From Mobula hypostoma (lineage: Eukaryota): a stretch of DNA of 64,000 bases. The stretch lies in contig NC_086107.1 in the NCBI RefSeq assembly GCF_963921235.1, positions 106,952,001 through 107,016,000 on the forward strand, written 5' to 3'. This document shows, piece after piece, positions 12,756 to 25,500 of this stretch. The notes under the pieces are model-generated. The model was not told where the DNA came from, did no database searches, and saw only the letters and a list, made by a program, of their open reading frames with translations. Both the position numbers and the translations under genes were made by a program. Numbering within the stretch: the first letter of the stretch is position 1; each line of letters opens with the position of its first letter.

Positions 12756-13795
12756 ACCGGGCCGGGACGTCCTGCTGACGAAGGATGGCGGATCCCCCAG
12801 ATTCAGCGAGCTGGAGGCGAGTTCTGGAGTTCGAGACGAGCGAGCAAGACGAGCGAGACCCAATGGCCCCCTGGGTTTGTGAAACGTGAGGTTGGAATTC
12901 GAGCCCGAGTGTGTAGTGATCAGCTGGTCGATCCTCGGTGGGTGGTGGAAGACTAGAGGTCGTGACCCGGGTCTGCAGATCTTTGCGAGCCCGCTGGGGT
13001 GGTCGAAGTCGTGTCTGTTTCTGAATTAAAGTCTGCTGGAGGCTGAAGAATACATCTGCCTTGGACTGGGTAGGCGTGGATGGGAGGGAGGAATGGGGCT
13101 TGTTTCGTTGCTTGTGTTCTGTGCTGTACACCGAGCATTGTGGGTACGTTACGTTGGCACCGGAATGTGTGGCGACATGTGCGGGCTGCCCCCAGCAGAT
13201 CGACTCTACGTTCCCGTGTACACGTGATAAATAAACATGAATTCTGAACTTGAGAGATCTGAGGAAATTTATTTTTATTCCAAGTGAATTTACTGCTGTA
13301 GAGGTGTTAAAACCTTCCAAGATGAATTGCAGAGGATCTTACGGAGTACAGAGTGCATGGGTCTGATGACATTGTTGTACTGGGAACAAGCATTATTCCA
13401 AAGAAGTTTATTCCCACACCAAGTTTCTTACTGGCACAGGGAGTAGGTTGTCACATAAGTGAGAACCAATTGCATGGAATAGGGACGAATCCTAGGACTA
13501 AAGCCAAATTTTCTGGGCTTATCTCACTCCCTCCCTCTGCCATCTGCATTTCATACCTACCTGTTTCACCCAGCGAGATCCAATGGGGAGGTGTGTGTGT
13601 GTGTGTGTCTAAGTGTAGGTAAATGGCTGAATTTGTGTGTGTGTGTGTGCACGCGTGAGTGTAAGTAAATGGCTGAATTTGTATGTCTGTGTTGTGTGAG
13701 AGAGTGTCTGAGTGTAGCTGATTTTGCAAAGGTTCAAAGTATTTTATTGTCAAAGTATCTATGTACAATACAACGCTGATATTCATCTTCTCCAG

Positions 13796-14155
13796 ATAGT
13801 CATAGTCATAGTCATAGTCATACTTTATTGTCCCGGGGGAAATTGGTTTTTGTTACAGTTGCACCATAAATAATAAATAGTAACAGAACCATAAATAGTT
13901 AAATAGTAATATGTAAATTATGCCAGTAAATTATGAAATAAGTCCAGGACCAGCCTATTGGCTCAGGGTGTCTGACCCTCCAAGGGAGGAGTTGTAAAGT
14001 TTGATGGCCACAGGCAGGAATGACTTCCTATGACGCTCTGTGTTGCATCTCGGTGGAATGAGTCTCTGGCTGAATGTACTCCTGTGCCCAACCAGTACAT
14101 TATGTAGTGGATGGGAGACATTGTCCAAGATGGCATGCAACTTGGACAGCATCCT
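13796..14155 (-). mobile_element. Rex1/Babar-clade LINE 3' end
   Basis: Encodes MLSKLHAILDNVSHPLHNVL...RCNTERHRKSFLPVAIKLYN, with a (GACTAT)n tail. Confidence 0.8.
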
Positions 14156-14314
14156 TGAAATACAGAAACACATGGGAGTTGTTGAAAGAAAAGACATCAA
14201 ATCTTCCCCCCCCATTCACAAAAAAGGAAAAGAAACAAAACTTGCAATCCACCAAACTCCCTCGCACAAAAAAACTAACAGATCACCCACGTGGAATAAG
14301 GCAGCTGGAGCATC

Positions 14315-14885
14315 AGCAATAACAAATCCCAAACCCCTCCCTCGTCAAAAAACAGTGACAATAACATCAAATCCCCAACCCCTCCCTCGCCAAAAAACAG
14401 TGACAATAACATCAAATCCTCAAACCCCTCCCTCGCCAAAAAAACAGTGACAATAACATCAAATCCTCAAACCCCTCCCTCGCCAAAAAAACAGTGACAA
14501 TAACATCAAATCCCCAACCCCTCCCTCGCCAAAAAAACAGTGACAATAACATCAAATTCCCAACCCCTCCCTCGCCAAAAAAACAGTGACAATAACATCA
14601 AATTCCCAACCCCTCCCTCACCAAAAAAACAATGACAATAACATCAAATTCCCAACCCCTCCCTTGCCAAAAAAACAATGACAATAACATCAAATCCCCA
14701 ACCCCCTCCCTCGCCAAAAAACAGTGACAATAATATCAAATCCTCAACCCTCTCCCTCGCCAAAAAAGGTGACAATAACATCAAATCCCCAACACCCTCC
14801 CTTGCAAAACAGTGACAAAAACCATCAAAACCTCAGCCCCCTCCCTCACTGAAAAGAATAGTGACAATAGCACCCCTCCCTCACA
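14315..14885. repeat. 45-47-bp minisatellite, ~12 units
   Basis: Unit AAAAAAACAGTGACAATAACATCAAATCCCCAACCCCTCCCTCGCC. CAGTGAC recurs at 14353, 14398, 14445, 14492 and onward. Confidence 0.95.
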
Positions 14886-15049
14886 CACAAAAAACTGACA
14901 GACCACCCATACAGGAAAGCAGCAATAAGAACATCAGACCCCCAATGGCCAACTCCTCCCTCACACAGAAACTAACACGGCACCCACCCGCCAATCAGCA
15001 ACAAGGAATAAAACTCCAAAAACTGAAGTAGACCAATATAAAGTACGAA

Positions 15050-15225
15050 TAACCTCTTCTCGGGCTTCCAGCCGGGTACAGATATTGATTATAACTGACG
15101 TTTCGATGACCAACTCTGCCACCTTCAAGAGGGATGTTGATCCCCATAGAAGACGGCAGAGCTAGTCATTAAAACATCAATTATAATCGATACCGGTACC
15201 CGGCTGGAAGCTCCAAAAGAGTTGA
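15050..15225. mobile_element. Palindromic element of a second hammerhead-bearing (PLE-like) family
   Basis: Imperfect inverted arms (ctcttctcgggcttccagccgggtac / gtacccggctggaagctccaaaagag) around gaNggcagagNtNgtcat-type stem II remnants. Confidence 0.5.
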
Positions 15226-15744
15226 TTCATCTTATACACTGGGAAAGCACGGGATCCTTTTTCAATATAAAGTACATTCCGGTCAAGATGGTGCCAGTGA
15301 ACAATGATTATCGGGCGACATCTTTCAGACAGCTAATCTCTTCAATTAGTTCACATTCTTTATGTCTTCTGCTTGTTCTTTTTGTCTTGATCGTGTTTTG
15401 GAAACTGTTGGATTCTGTGGCATGCAGATCAGATTTCGATCGAATGATCTAGCGCTCTGCTATCCTCCAGAGGACCGTGAGCATGAGCTGTCTCGTGGAG
15501 AAGACCAGAGACATGTTGGGTCATGTACGACCCCATTTTGAGGCATTGAGCAAGACTGAAGCATCAGGGCAAGTGCAGAGAAGGATCGGTGGTGACTCTC
15601 CGGGGAGGCCACGGGGTCAGTAGCTGGGTCGGCAGCGTTTGGACCAGGCTGGCAGCTGCTTTTACGGAAGGACTGAGTTCGTGCGGCCGCTCTCCTCGAT
15701 GCTGCTGGGTGGACTTTTTCAAAATTCTGAGATTTATGTGATTT

Positions 15745-16076
15745 AGTTTGTGTGTGAGTGTCTGGGTGTAGGTGTGTGTCTGAATTTGTGTGTGTGTGTG
15801 TGTAGATAAATGGCTGAATTTGTGTGTGTGTGTGAGTGTGCCTGAGTGTAGGTATGTGGCTGAATCTGTGTGTGTGTGTGTGTGTGTGTGTGTGACTGTC
15901 TGAGTGTAGATGTGTGACTGAATCTGTGTGTGTGTGTGTGACTGTCTGAGTGTAGATGTGTGACTGAATCTGTGTGTGTGTGTGTGTGTGTGTGTGACTG
16001 TCTGAGTGTAGATGTGTGACTGAATCTGTGTGTGTGTGTGTGTGTGTGACTGTCTGAGTGTAGATGTGTGACTGAA

Positions 16077-16116
<40 letters not shown>

Positions 16117-16265
16117 ACTGTCTGAGTGTAGATGTGTGACTGAAACTGTGTGTGTGTGTGACTGTCTGAGTGTAGATGTGTGACTGAATTTGTGTGTGTG
16201 TCTGAGTGTAGATGTGTGACTGAATTTGTGTGTGTGTGTGTGTGTGTGTGTCAGTGTCTATGTGT
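15745..16265. repeat. Compound satellite: ~30-bp core plus variable (TG)n
   Basis: ACTGTCTGAGTGTAGATGTGTGACTGAATC followed by (TG)n, repeated about 10 times. Confidence 0.95.
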
Positions 16266-17164
16266 ACAGGAGGAGTGCAAGTGTGATGCACAGAGCAGCC
16301 TCCTTTGCTGTAATGATTCTATGATTTCCTGAGCAGTCTGACATCTCCATTACCTAAGGTATGTGACTCTCGTACCTCCATTCCTTCTTGTGGAATTCTT
16401 CCCTCCCCACCTGCACCCTGCACTGCCGGAAGCTGGGCCTCAGTGTCTGTGCTGTGGATACTAAACACAAGAGTAATTAATTAAGCTGTGAGAACTTCCT
16501 TTACAGCTTTTTCCCCTAATACATTCAGGTGTGATCAGCAATCCCTTTCTCCCCACAGGTACCGTTCGACCCACGGAGTTCCTCTCTCAGTTTACTTCTT
16601 GCTGCAGATTCCAGCATCCGCAGTCCCTCGCGCCTCCATTCGGAGCATTTGCTGGTCTGTGGACACGGGATCTTCACAAAGAGCCAAGTGTAGAAAGACT
16701 GGTAACTGGGCTAAGGTGAACCGTTTCTTGAGATGCAGATTTGGGGAGTTGAATGTAGCACACACAAAATCAACTCTCACTATCCCATCCTGCTGATAAA
16801 ATAGATATATTTGTCAAAGATTGGAAGTTTTGGAGACAGAGCATTGAGCTTTGGGAACTTCCTGTTCCTTTGGCCACAGCCCTACCACCCTCAACCTGGG
16901 TCATTTACTTGGACCGTAACAGGCTGCATCGAATTGTCACTGTCCTTGTTTCGAAGTGTCTGCCTTTGGAGGGAGGCAATCTCTGGCTGTGTACAGACAC
17001 CTTGTAGTTGCAGTGGAGAGGGCAACGGCTGCAGCAATACGAATATAGACAGTTACATTCATCATAGTCACAGGGATCAGTGCTGCCAACAAGCTGGCAA
17101 TCCCTCCTGAACTAGAACTCTTACAGTGCTGCAGCAAGCAACGCAGGACTGAGACTCCGAGTAT

Positions 17165-17627
17165 TCTGTGTGTGTGTGTGTGTGTGTGCGTATGTGCACA
17201 CATGCATTTCTGTGTGTGTGTGTGCATGTTTCTGTGTGTATGTACGTGTTTGTGGGAGGGGTCATTGTGTAAGTATCTCTATGTGTAAGTGTGTGTGCTT
17301 TGGTAAATCTGTGTGTGTAAACATGTGAAATAGAAATGGACATGCGGACATGGTGCCTGGGTGTAGGAGTTTGTACAGCTGTGTGTGTGTCTTTCTGTAA
17401 GTGTGTAGCTGTAGACAGTTGTGCATACCTACAGGACCAGTTTGTCTGTGTTTGAGTGTACATGTGTGTCTGAAGGTGCACACACACACACACATACACA
17501 CACACACATACATATACACACACATGTACAAACACGCACACACACACACTTGTACACACATGCACACCCACACACACATACACACACACCCACCTACACA
17601 CACACAAACATACACACACACCCCCAC

Positions 17628-17673
<46 letters not shown>

Positions 17674-17702
17674 ACAAACATACACCCACACACACCCACA
17701 CA
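17165..17702. repeat. Degenerate (TG)n tract followed by a (CA)n tract
   Basis: TG-rich 17167-17470, then CA-rich 17478-17702. Confidence 0.9.
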
Positions 17703-19059
17703 TCTGTGCTATCGTGATAAATGCAATATAGTTAACCCCTTGATAACTGCAGCTGTCTTGTAGTGTGAGTCACAAACTTTACCTGTGTGGAATATTAGAC
17801 ACAGAGTTCCAGTTCCCTGCCACCCTCTGCATGTCGGAAACCCCTTCAGCGCAGTTCAGAAGAACTACCCTCCTCTTCCTTACACAGAGGTTTCACAAAC
17901 CATACCAGCTAGGTAAACAACTGGGCAGACTTTCCACACAGTTAATGTCTAAGGTGCCAAGGTTCCTGATCCACAATGCTTGCTAGGTAACGCAAGCGAA
18001 GTAACACAAATAGGCTGTACTCCTGTCTTCTCATGCTGTTCAGCAAGGGCTTGGTTGATATGATCTTTGGCATCTGCTCCACTCTCTTGCCTGATCTCCA
18101 CAACCTTTCATTCTCCTGTAGTCCAGAAATCGATCTGATTCGGCCTGGAATATGCTGAATGACTCAGCTTCCAGAGCTCTTGGCGGTAGAGAATTCCAAA
18201 ATTTCATAGTGTTCTGACTGAGAGAGAGAGGAACAGAATCCTCCCTTCATTTCTGTCTTCCTCCAAGAGGACCACAGCCTTTTTGTAGGGTTTGGAGGCT
18301 TGTGTGCCTCAATGACCCAGAGAGCTACGTTGGCTGGAGTCAGGGCATTGTGTTTTGGCTTTTGGTAGGGTCACCCATGCCACACAGGTCAAAGGTTAGA
18401 TGCCAGACTAAGAGTGGTCCACTGGTCCTCCAGGTTCAGTGGCTTCAGCTCAGGGCTATCAGTAAAAAATCTAGTAAAATAACATTTTACTGGACTGGTA
18501 AGATAAAATTTCTTACGGAAACAGCAATGAAGAATCCTTCCACATATGAGGGCAATGGTATTCTTGAGTTTCCACCCAGGACTTGCACGACTGAAAGTAA
18601 GCTACTAGCGTGATGGAGGAAGCCTGGACCAGCACCAGAGATGGAGGACCTTCATCGCTGCCCGAAGAGCCAGTGGCGAAATGGGCAGTAAGTAAGTCAG
18701 TCATTTCTGTCTTAAACAACTGACCCACAAACCTGAGTTTATGCCCCGTCCCTTCCATTTCTAGATTCCCTCATGATTACGAGAAAGGATACAGCAGATG
18801 AGATACCTACACAATGATCCAAGGGGCTTGATGTGGTAGAATCTATTTTGCCAGGGCGAGGAAGAGTAACATTAGGTTTGGGGAATTCATAAGGAAGTCA
18901 TCACACAAAAGATAGTAAAAATCTGGAACTCTCTCCTCAAAAGATGTTGAAGACATCATGGACTGAGATTTAGTCTTTGATGGGCTTGGGTGTTGAGGCT
19001 TCCAGAACAAAATAGGATCAATTCTGATCTCATTGATCAAGCCTCTTAGTCCTCCAAGC

Positions 19060-19890
19060 AGGAACATTAATTTTTCAGTAATTTCTTCCCACTCCCTCTT
19101 CTCTTTTCTTCCATTTCCCTTCTGACACCCGTCTTACCCTCTTATTCCTTCTCTTCTCCTCACCTGCCTATCACCTCCTTCTGGTGTGCCCCTCCTTCCC
19201 TTTTCCCCATGGTCTACTCTCCTCTCCTATCAGATTTCTTCCTTCTTCTACGAGATTTGTAGACCAAGACACCGGTATTTCATACATAGCTGAAGTGATA
19301 GGACGAGGAGGCAAAACCACTGGGAGAAACAAAAGTTGGTGTAACTTTTTATGACCTAGAACCGGCTACGGTTGCTGGCACTACAGGATCAGCTGACAGG
19401 CCACGTGCAGACAGACCTCATATTGAAACAAGTAAAGATCAGGTGGGACCATCTGAGAAATGTTAAGATGAAGACATCCTAGTAACTAAGGAGGTGTCAT
19501 TTGACTCTGCAAAGCAGGATGAAATCAGTAGTTGGGAAAAGAATGCAGCGTTTGAGGAAATCAGAGACATCGGCCAAAAGACTGTGTCTGCAAGATGGGT
19601 GTGCACCTTGAAAGAAACCCCAACAGGAATTCTACCAAAAGCACTTTACCTCTTCCACCTATCACCCCTCAGAACACTTCATCCACACCCCCTGCCACCC
19701 ACCAATCTTCCCCCTCACCTGGCTTCACCTGTCACCTTCTGACTTGTACCCCTTCAACTCCTCTGTCACCTTCTGATTCTTCCCTCTTTGTTTACAGTCT
19801 TGATGAAGGGTCTCGGCCCAAAACGTTGACTCTTTAATCCTCTCCATAGATGCTGCCTGACCTGCTCTGTGTGTGTGTGTGTGTGTTGCT
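19060..19890 (+). mobile_element. Penelope-like 3' fragment interrupted by a Copia fragment
   Basis: The pyrimidine-rich PLE tail runs 19060-19250 and resumes at ~19645. It ends in a degenerate hammerhead, TTGATGAagggtctcggcccAAAAcgttgac, at ~19800. Confidence 0.6.
19253..19643 (+). mobile_element. Ty1/Copia (GalEa-like) pol fragment, linker plus start of RT
   Basis: Encodes AEVIGRGGKTTGRNKSWCN and, after frameshifts, AKQDEISSWEKNAAFEEIRDIGQKTVSARWVCTLKETPTGILPKA. This matches the Copia RT start pattern (AKxxE..W....F......G...I/V..RWV..K......KA). Confidence 0.65.
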
Positions 19891-22160
19891 CATCTTTAAC
19901 TCACTTGAGAATACAAGGCTAAAAACTCTCCCGTTCCTTCCAGGTAATTATGATTCAAGGAACTTGATTTGGTAGAATCTACTTTGTCAGGATGAGGAAG
20001 TATGTAATATTTGTACTTAACAGTCAGTAGTCAGTCTCATCTCTTTGTACTGCCTGGAATAGCCTGAGATTCAAAGAATCAAAGATCCTAAGTACATTTA
20101 TTATCAGAATCAGAATCCTTTATTATCCCCAAGTACGTGGACACATACAGGGAATTTGATTATATCAAGGTATGTATAACTTATACAACTTTGAGATTCA
20201 TCTCCTTACAGGCAGCCACAAAGCAAGAAACCAGAAAGAACCCAATTAAAAAAAGGACCAACACCCAATGCTCAGAGAGAAAGAGAAAAAAAAAACAAAT
20301 CATGCAAACAATATTGAGTCCATAAACCCGAAGCCCGGAGCGGCCGGGGTAGGCCCTTAGCCTCAGTCTCAGATCATCACACAGAGAGACAAACTGCCGT
20401 GAAGCATGCAGACGCTAAGTTCGGGCAGCCAGGGCACAACTCAGCCTCAGTGCTGAGGAGGGCGGAGTAAAATGGCCCCGACCCTCGCCTCCAGTCCCAA
20501 ACCGTCCTGTGAATAGTCTGCTGGTAGAGCTTCCTTCTGGATTGGCATTCTGATAAGCTTTTCAGAAAGATTTTCAGTACGTAATATTTGTGGCATTTTG
20601 TACTTCGTTCATGCAACGTGGGTGTCGCTGGAATTGCTAACATATGTTATCCATTCCTGACTGGCCCAATGAAGAATAAACCACACAGGCCACATCCAGA
20701 CTGAGCAAAGTTGAAGGATTTCCTACTCTAAAGAATTATCACAAATCAGATGGATTTTGGGGACATAATTCCAAATTTTCTACGAGAGGTGTGCTAAGCA
20801 TCTACGGTCCAGAATTGTCTCAACTATCACAATTTTTGACATATTTTTCTCTCCAATAGCAGCAGACAGGAACAAATGAAGCCTCCTTGAAGTTAGGAGA
20901 GTTTACTGTGCAAACATGAAGTCATAAAAATAAGTTTGATAATTACATTTCAGAATCAGAATCAAGTTTAATATCACCGGATTATGTCGTGAAATTCGTC
21001 GTCTCTGCGGCAGCTGTACAATGCAATACATGATAAATATAGAAAAAAAATGAATCATGGTAAGTATATATAAAAAATAGTTGAATTAAGGTTCCTTAAG
21101 GTTGTTATAGCCGGGGGTGGTACTGGGACAAGCTCCCACTACGTGTTAAATGCTCCCAATGGCGTGCGCCTCAAATAGTCTCTAACAACCAAGTCCATCT
21201 CCTGGCCTTCACATGTGGCTTACATACTAAGCCCGATGGAACCATCTCAGGAGAACAGGAGAACGGGCAAAGGCGGGTTACTGGTGCCTTAAAATCGGTC
21301 GCTTCAAACAGATGGGGCTTGTCAGCCGTGGTTGGCAGCTCATCTAGATGAAGGAGAACTCTGATCTCAAACCTCTGCTGTCTTGTGGCTTTACCCACTC
21401 ATGGGGAAGGCTTCGGGAGTAAACCCCGAGGGAAGAGTCCCTAAAGTAGTCCTACGTTGAGTTCAACGCTGACTGGCAACTCCTGCAATGCTGCTGGGAC
21501 CAAACTGTATCGGTCTCTGCTGTTCCTTTGGGTTCATCAGATATGTGGAGAGGGGGGAGCTTGCTACATGGCAACAGCTTACTTGCCATATTGTACCGCC
21601 CAGGCTTGTGTATCTAGACCGCTAGGACGCAACATCCATAGTCAACCCTGACTGACGGAGGCCCTCATCTCACCTCAGCTGAATTAAATAAGTAGAGCAA
21701 AATTAGAAATAAAAAAAAAGTAGTGAGGTAGTGTTCATGGGTTCAATGTCCATTCAGAAATCGGATGGCAGAGGGGGAGAAGCTGTTCCTGAGTCGTTGA
21801 GTGCGTGCCTTCAGGCTCCTCTACCTCCTCCATGACGGTAGCAACGAGAACAGGGCGTGACCTGGGCACCACAGTAATGCAGCGGTATGCGCGTTACAGC
21901 TCGGGTAGCCAGAGTTCAGAGTTCAATTCAGGCGCCGTCTGTAAGGAGATTGTGCAGTCATCCCGTCACCTCACGGGCTTCCTCCGGGTGCTCTCGTTTC
22001 GTTCCACAGTCCAAAGACATTCCGGTCAGTAGGTTAACTGGTCATTGTAAATTATCCTGTGATTAGGCAACAGTTAAAATAAGTGGGTTGCTGGGCAGGG
22101 CGGCTTATCGGGACAGAAAAGTCTGTCCGTGCTGTACCTCTAAATAAAATAAGAATTAAT

Positions 22161-22540
22161 ATCATCATCATCATTATCAGGTGCCATGCCCAGTTTGAGT
22201 TTTGACTGCCATGGCCCACACACTCCTGTTTTGGGTCAAGTGGACCAATTCATTGGTATTCATTTCCATCTCTCTGGCTGCTGTCTCTATCATCATTTGT
22301 CTTTCCCTTCCTCTAGCTTTCTTCCCTTCAATCTTTCCCATAATTACCGTGCATTCTAACTCCTCTTTCCTAATCGCACGTCCAATGAAGTTACATTGCC
22401 TTTTCACGATCTCATACATTATTTCTCTTTTTGTGTTTGCTCTGTTCATGACATTCTCATTAGATATTCGTTTTGTCGATGATATTCTTTGCATCCTCCT
22501 CAAAATCCACATCTCTGCTGCTACAATTCGTTTCCTCATG
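22161..22540 (-). mobile_element. RTE-clade LINE 3' end
   Basis: Encodes RKRIVAAEMWILRRMQRIS...ISNENV...IMGKIEGKKARGRER, with a (TGA)n tail. Confidence 0.85.
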
Positions 22541-24819
22541 TTACTGTTATTGTTATTGTTACTGTCATGTTATTGTCCAACATTCTGAGCCATATAACAT
22601 AACTGGATAAACTTAACATTTCAGTACTCTGAGGCGGGTTGTCATGCCTGGTTTAGTGTTGGTCAGTATACTCTTCAATAGTGTACTGATGATATTGAAT
22701 AGAATTGGCTGATTATGAAGATGTTTGCTGTTACGAGAACTTAAAAGATGTTTGCCCCTAAAGAAACTGGGTTCTATAAATGAAATGCAACCACCAATGA
22801 ATCCATTGAGGGATTGTAGGGAAGCTTCTCCACCCAGAGGGGAGGCGAGAGTGGGGAACTCACTCCCACAGGCGAATAGTGGAGATGGAGCACATGAGGG
22901 GAAGGAACAGGGGAAGGTGGTGCAGAGGCCAATGAGGAGGTGAGCCTCACATGGTGCTTGAACCTGGGCTCATAAACACTGTTAGCCCACCTACCAGCTG
23001 ACGAATCCAGGGGGCGACACGATACCACGGTGGTTAGTGTAATGTTTCCCAGCGTCAGTGATCACTGTTCAATTCCTCCCACTGTCTCTAAGGAGTTCGC
23101 GCATTCTCCCCATGAACACGTGGGTTTCCTCTGGGTGCTCTGGTTTCCTCCCACATCCCAAAGACACACGGGTTAGGAAATTGCGGGCATGCTATGTTGG
23201 CGACACTTGTGGGCTGCCCCCCCAGCACTTCCTCGCACTGTGTTGGCTGCTGACGCAAATGGAGCATTCCTCTGTATGTTTCGATATTTCAATGTATACG
23301 TGACAAATGAAACTAATCCTTGGTCACCTCAACACTACAAAGGGATGTGTCTGACCACTGTCTGCAGATGCGGGCTCCCAGACATTCTCCCTGTGCCCAC
23401 ACATCAGCTGAGACACCCAGGAGCTTCTCATGACCACACAGAGAGGCAGCACTCCCTATTGTGACCATCAGGATGGTCCTACAATTCATTTTCATGTTTG
23501 ATTACCACCTTACATCAAAACATACAGTTTGACACATTGCTTCCTTCAACAGACCTAAAGGTGTGCTGGGGGCAGCCCGCAAGGGTCGCCACACATCCCG
23601 GTGACAACAGAGCATACCCACAATGCTTGGCAGATCCACACTGAACAGAACAAAACAGATCACACAAAGCAACAAAACAACAGCAGAACACCTCTCACCC
23701 ACGCAAATGCCCAGTCCTTTAAACCCAAATCAGCCCATCTTCTTCGGCCTGCAGTCTCAGCGGCTCAGACATGAAGACATTGGACCTTCGACTACCCCAG
23801 CAGACTCGCAGACCTGGGTCTCTGGCCAATGGGCCTCGATCTCTGGGCTTCTGATTTGACCCTTGGGCCTTGATCTTCAGCTTTGACTCCCAGGACCGCC
23901 GATCACCGAACAGCAGGCCGTGAACCTGGGCCAGGCCGACGATGGGACTCTGAATATTAGGCCTCAAACTCTGGCCTCACTGGTTTTCGGAGCCGAATCG
24001 GACTTCCGTAGGCCATTCAGCCGGTCGGGGACGGACACTGTCGAGTAAAGTTGTTGCAGTACCCAGGACATGTGACTGGAGTGAGAGACAGGCCCTCTCG
24101 TCTATCCACTGTTGGACAATGGGCCTCACAGAGCTTGGGATCTTGCTGAGGTCACCCTATGGGCTTTGCATTGGCTGAGATGGATAGAGGCAACAGCGAG
24201 AAGCAGAAGGAAGTATTAAAGTTACCCATCTGAATTAGCCCCTCTCTAAGCCTTCACTTGGGATGGGTGGGGGGTAGATGGTGTCCACTGAAGTTTTCCA
24301 ACAAGCGTGAGGACATTGAAGGATGGGGTTCATACCTTCAACCAACATCGTAAACTGATTAGACTAGAAAATTTCTATCGATGTACCGTAGAAAACATTT
24401 TAACTGATTACATCACCGTTTGGAGATGGAGGGGCCATTGCACTTCGGAAAGAGCCGCAGAGGCATGCAAACCCAGCCATCTCCATCATAGACTCTAGCT
24501 TCCTCAGCATGGAGGACATCTTCTAAAGGCTGTGCCTCAAGAAGGCGGCACCCATCTTTAAGGATGCCTGTCACCCACGACATGATCTCTTCTTTTTTCT
24601 ACATCGGAGAGGAGGTACGGGAGCCTGAGGACACACACTCAACATTTTAGGAAGAGTTTCTTCCCCTCTGCTATCAGATTTCTGAAGGGACAATGAATAC
24701 TACGTCACAAATGTTGCTCTCTTTTTGCACTATTTATTTATTTTATTTTTAAAAATATATATATTTCTTTTGCAATTTATGATTTTTTTTAATGAATTGC
24801 ACTGTACTGCTGTCGACAT

Positions 24820-25500
24820 ATATTTAGTAACCACTTTCTTACACCCTGTACATATGCTCGTTAATGCAAATATCTAATCAGCCACTCATGTAACCGCAAC
24901 TCAATGTGTAAAAGCATGCAGACATGGTCAAGAGGTTCAGTTGTTGTTCAGAATGGGGGAAGAAATGTGATCTAAGTGACTTTGAGCAAGGAGTGATTGT
25001 TGGCGCCAGACTGGGTGGTTTGAGTATCTCAGAAATGGCTGATCTCCTGGGATTTTCACACACTACAGTTTCTAGAGTTTACAGATGGTGCGAAAAACAA
25101 AACTAAAACATCCAGTGAGCGGCAGTTCTGTGGGAGAAAACGCCTTGTTAATGAGAGAGGTCAGAGGAGAATGACCAGCTGACACTCAAAGATTCAAGGT
25201 ACATTTATTATCAATGTATGTATGCAGTATACAACCCTGAGATTCGTTGTCCCACAGACAGCCGAGAAACAATGAAAACTGTGGAACCTGTTCAAAGAAA
25301 AGCATCAAACCCCCAATGCAAAAAATAAAAACGGCAAAAAAAACCAGGCAACAATAACTCAAATACCAAACGTTACAACGGGGGCATGCTGAAGAGCATC
25401 TCTGAGTGTACAACATGTGGAACTTTGAAGCCGATGGGCTACAGCAGCAGAAGATCACAGTGGGTTCATCTCCTGCATCTAATCCACTGAACACCGAGTG
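24820..25500 (+). mobile_element. Tc1/mariner derivative (same family), interrupted
   Basis: Encodes GKKCDLSDFEQGVIVGARLGGLSISEMADLLGFSHTTVSRVYR. An insertion lies at ~25185-25350. Confidence 0.75.

Noticed and set aside
15745..16265. Constant repeat with variable spacer (CRISPR-like) and a 182-aa His/Thr-rich ORF
   Set aside because: The spacers are only (TG)n, and the ORF is a microsatellite translation artefact.
16937..17165. Hydrophobic minus-strand peptide GGIASLLAALIPVTMMNVTVYIRIAAAVAL as a possible exon
   Set aside because: No recognisable homology and no pyrimidine tract at the putative acceptor.
17077..17763. Cys/Val- and His/Thr-rich ORFs of 98-208 aa
   Set aside because: Translations of (TG)n/(CA)n tracts.
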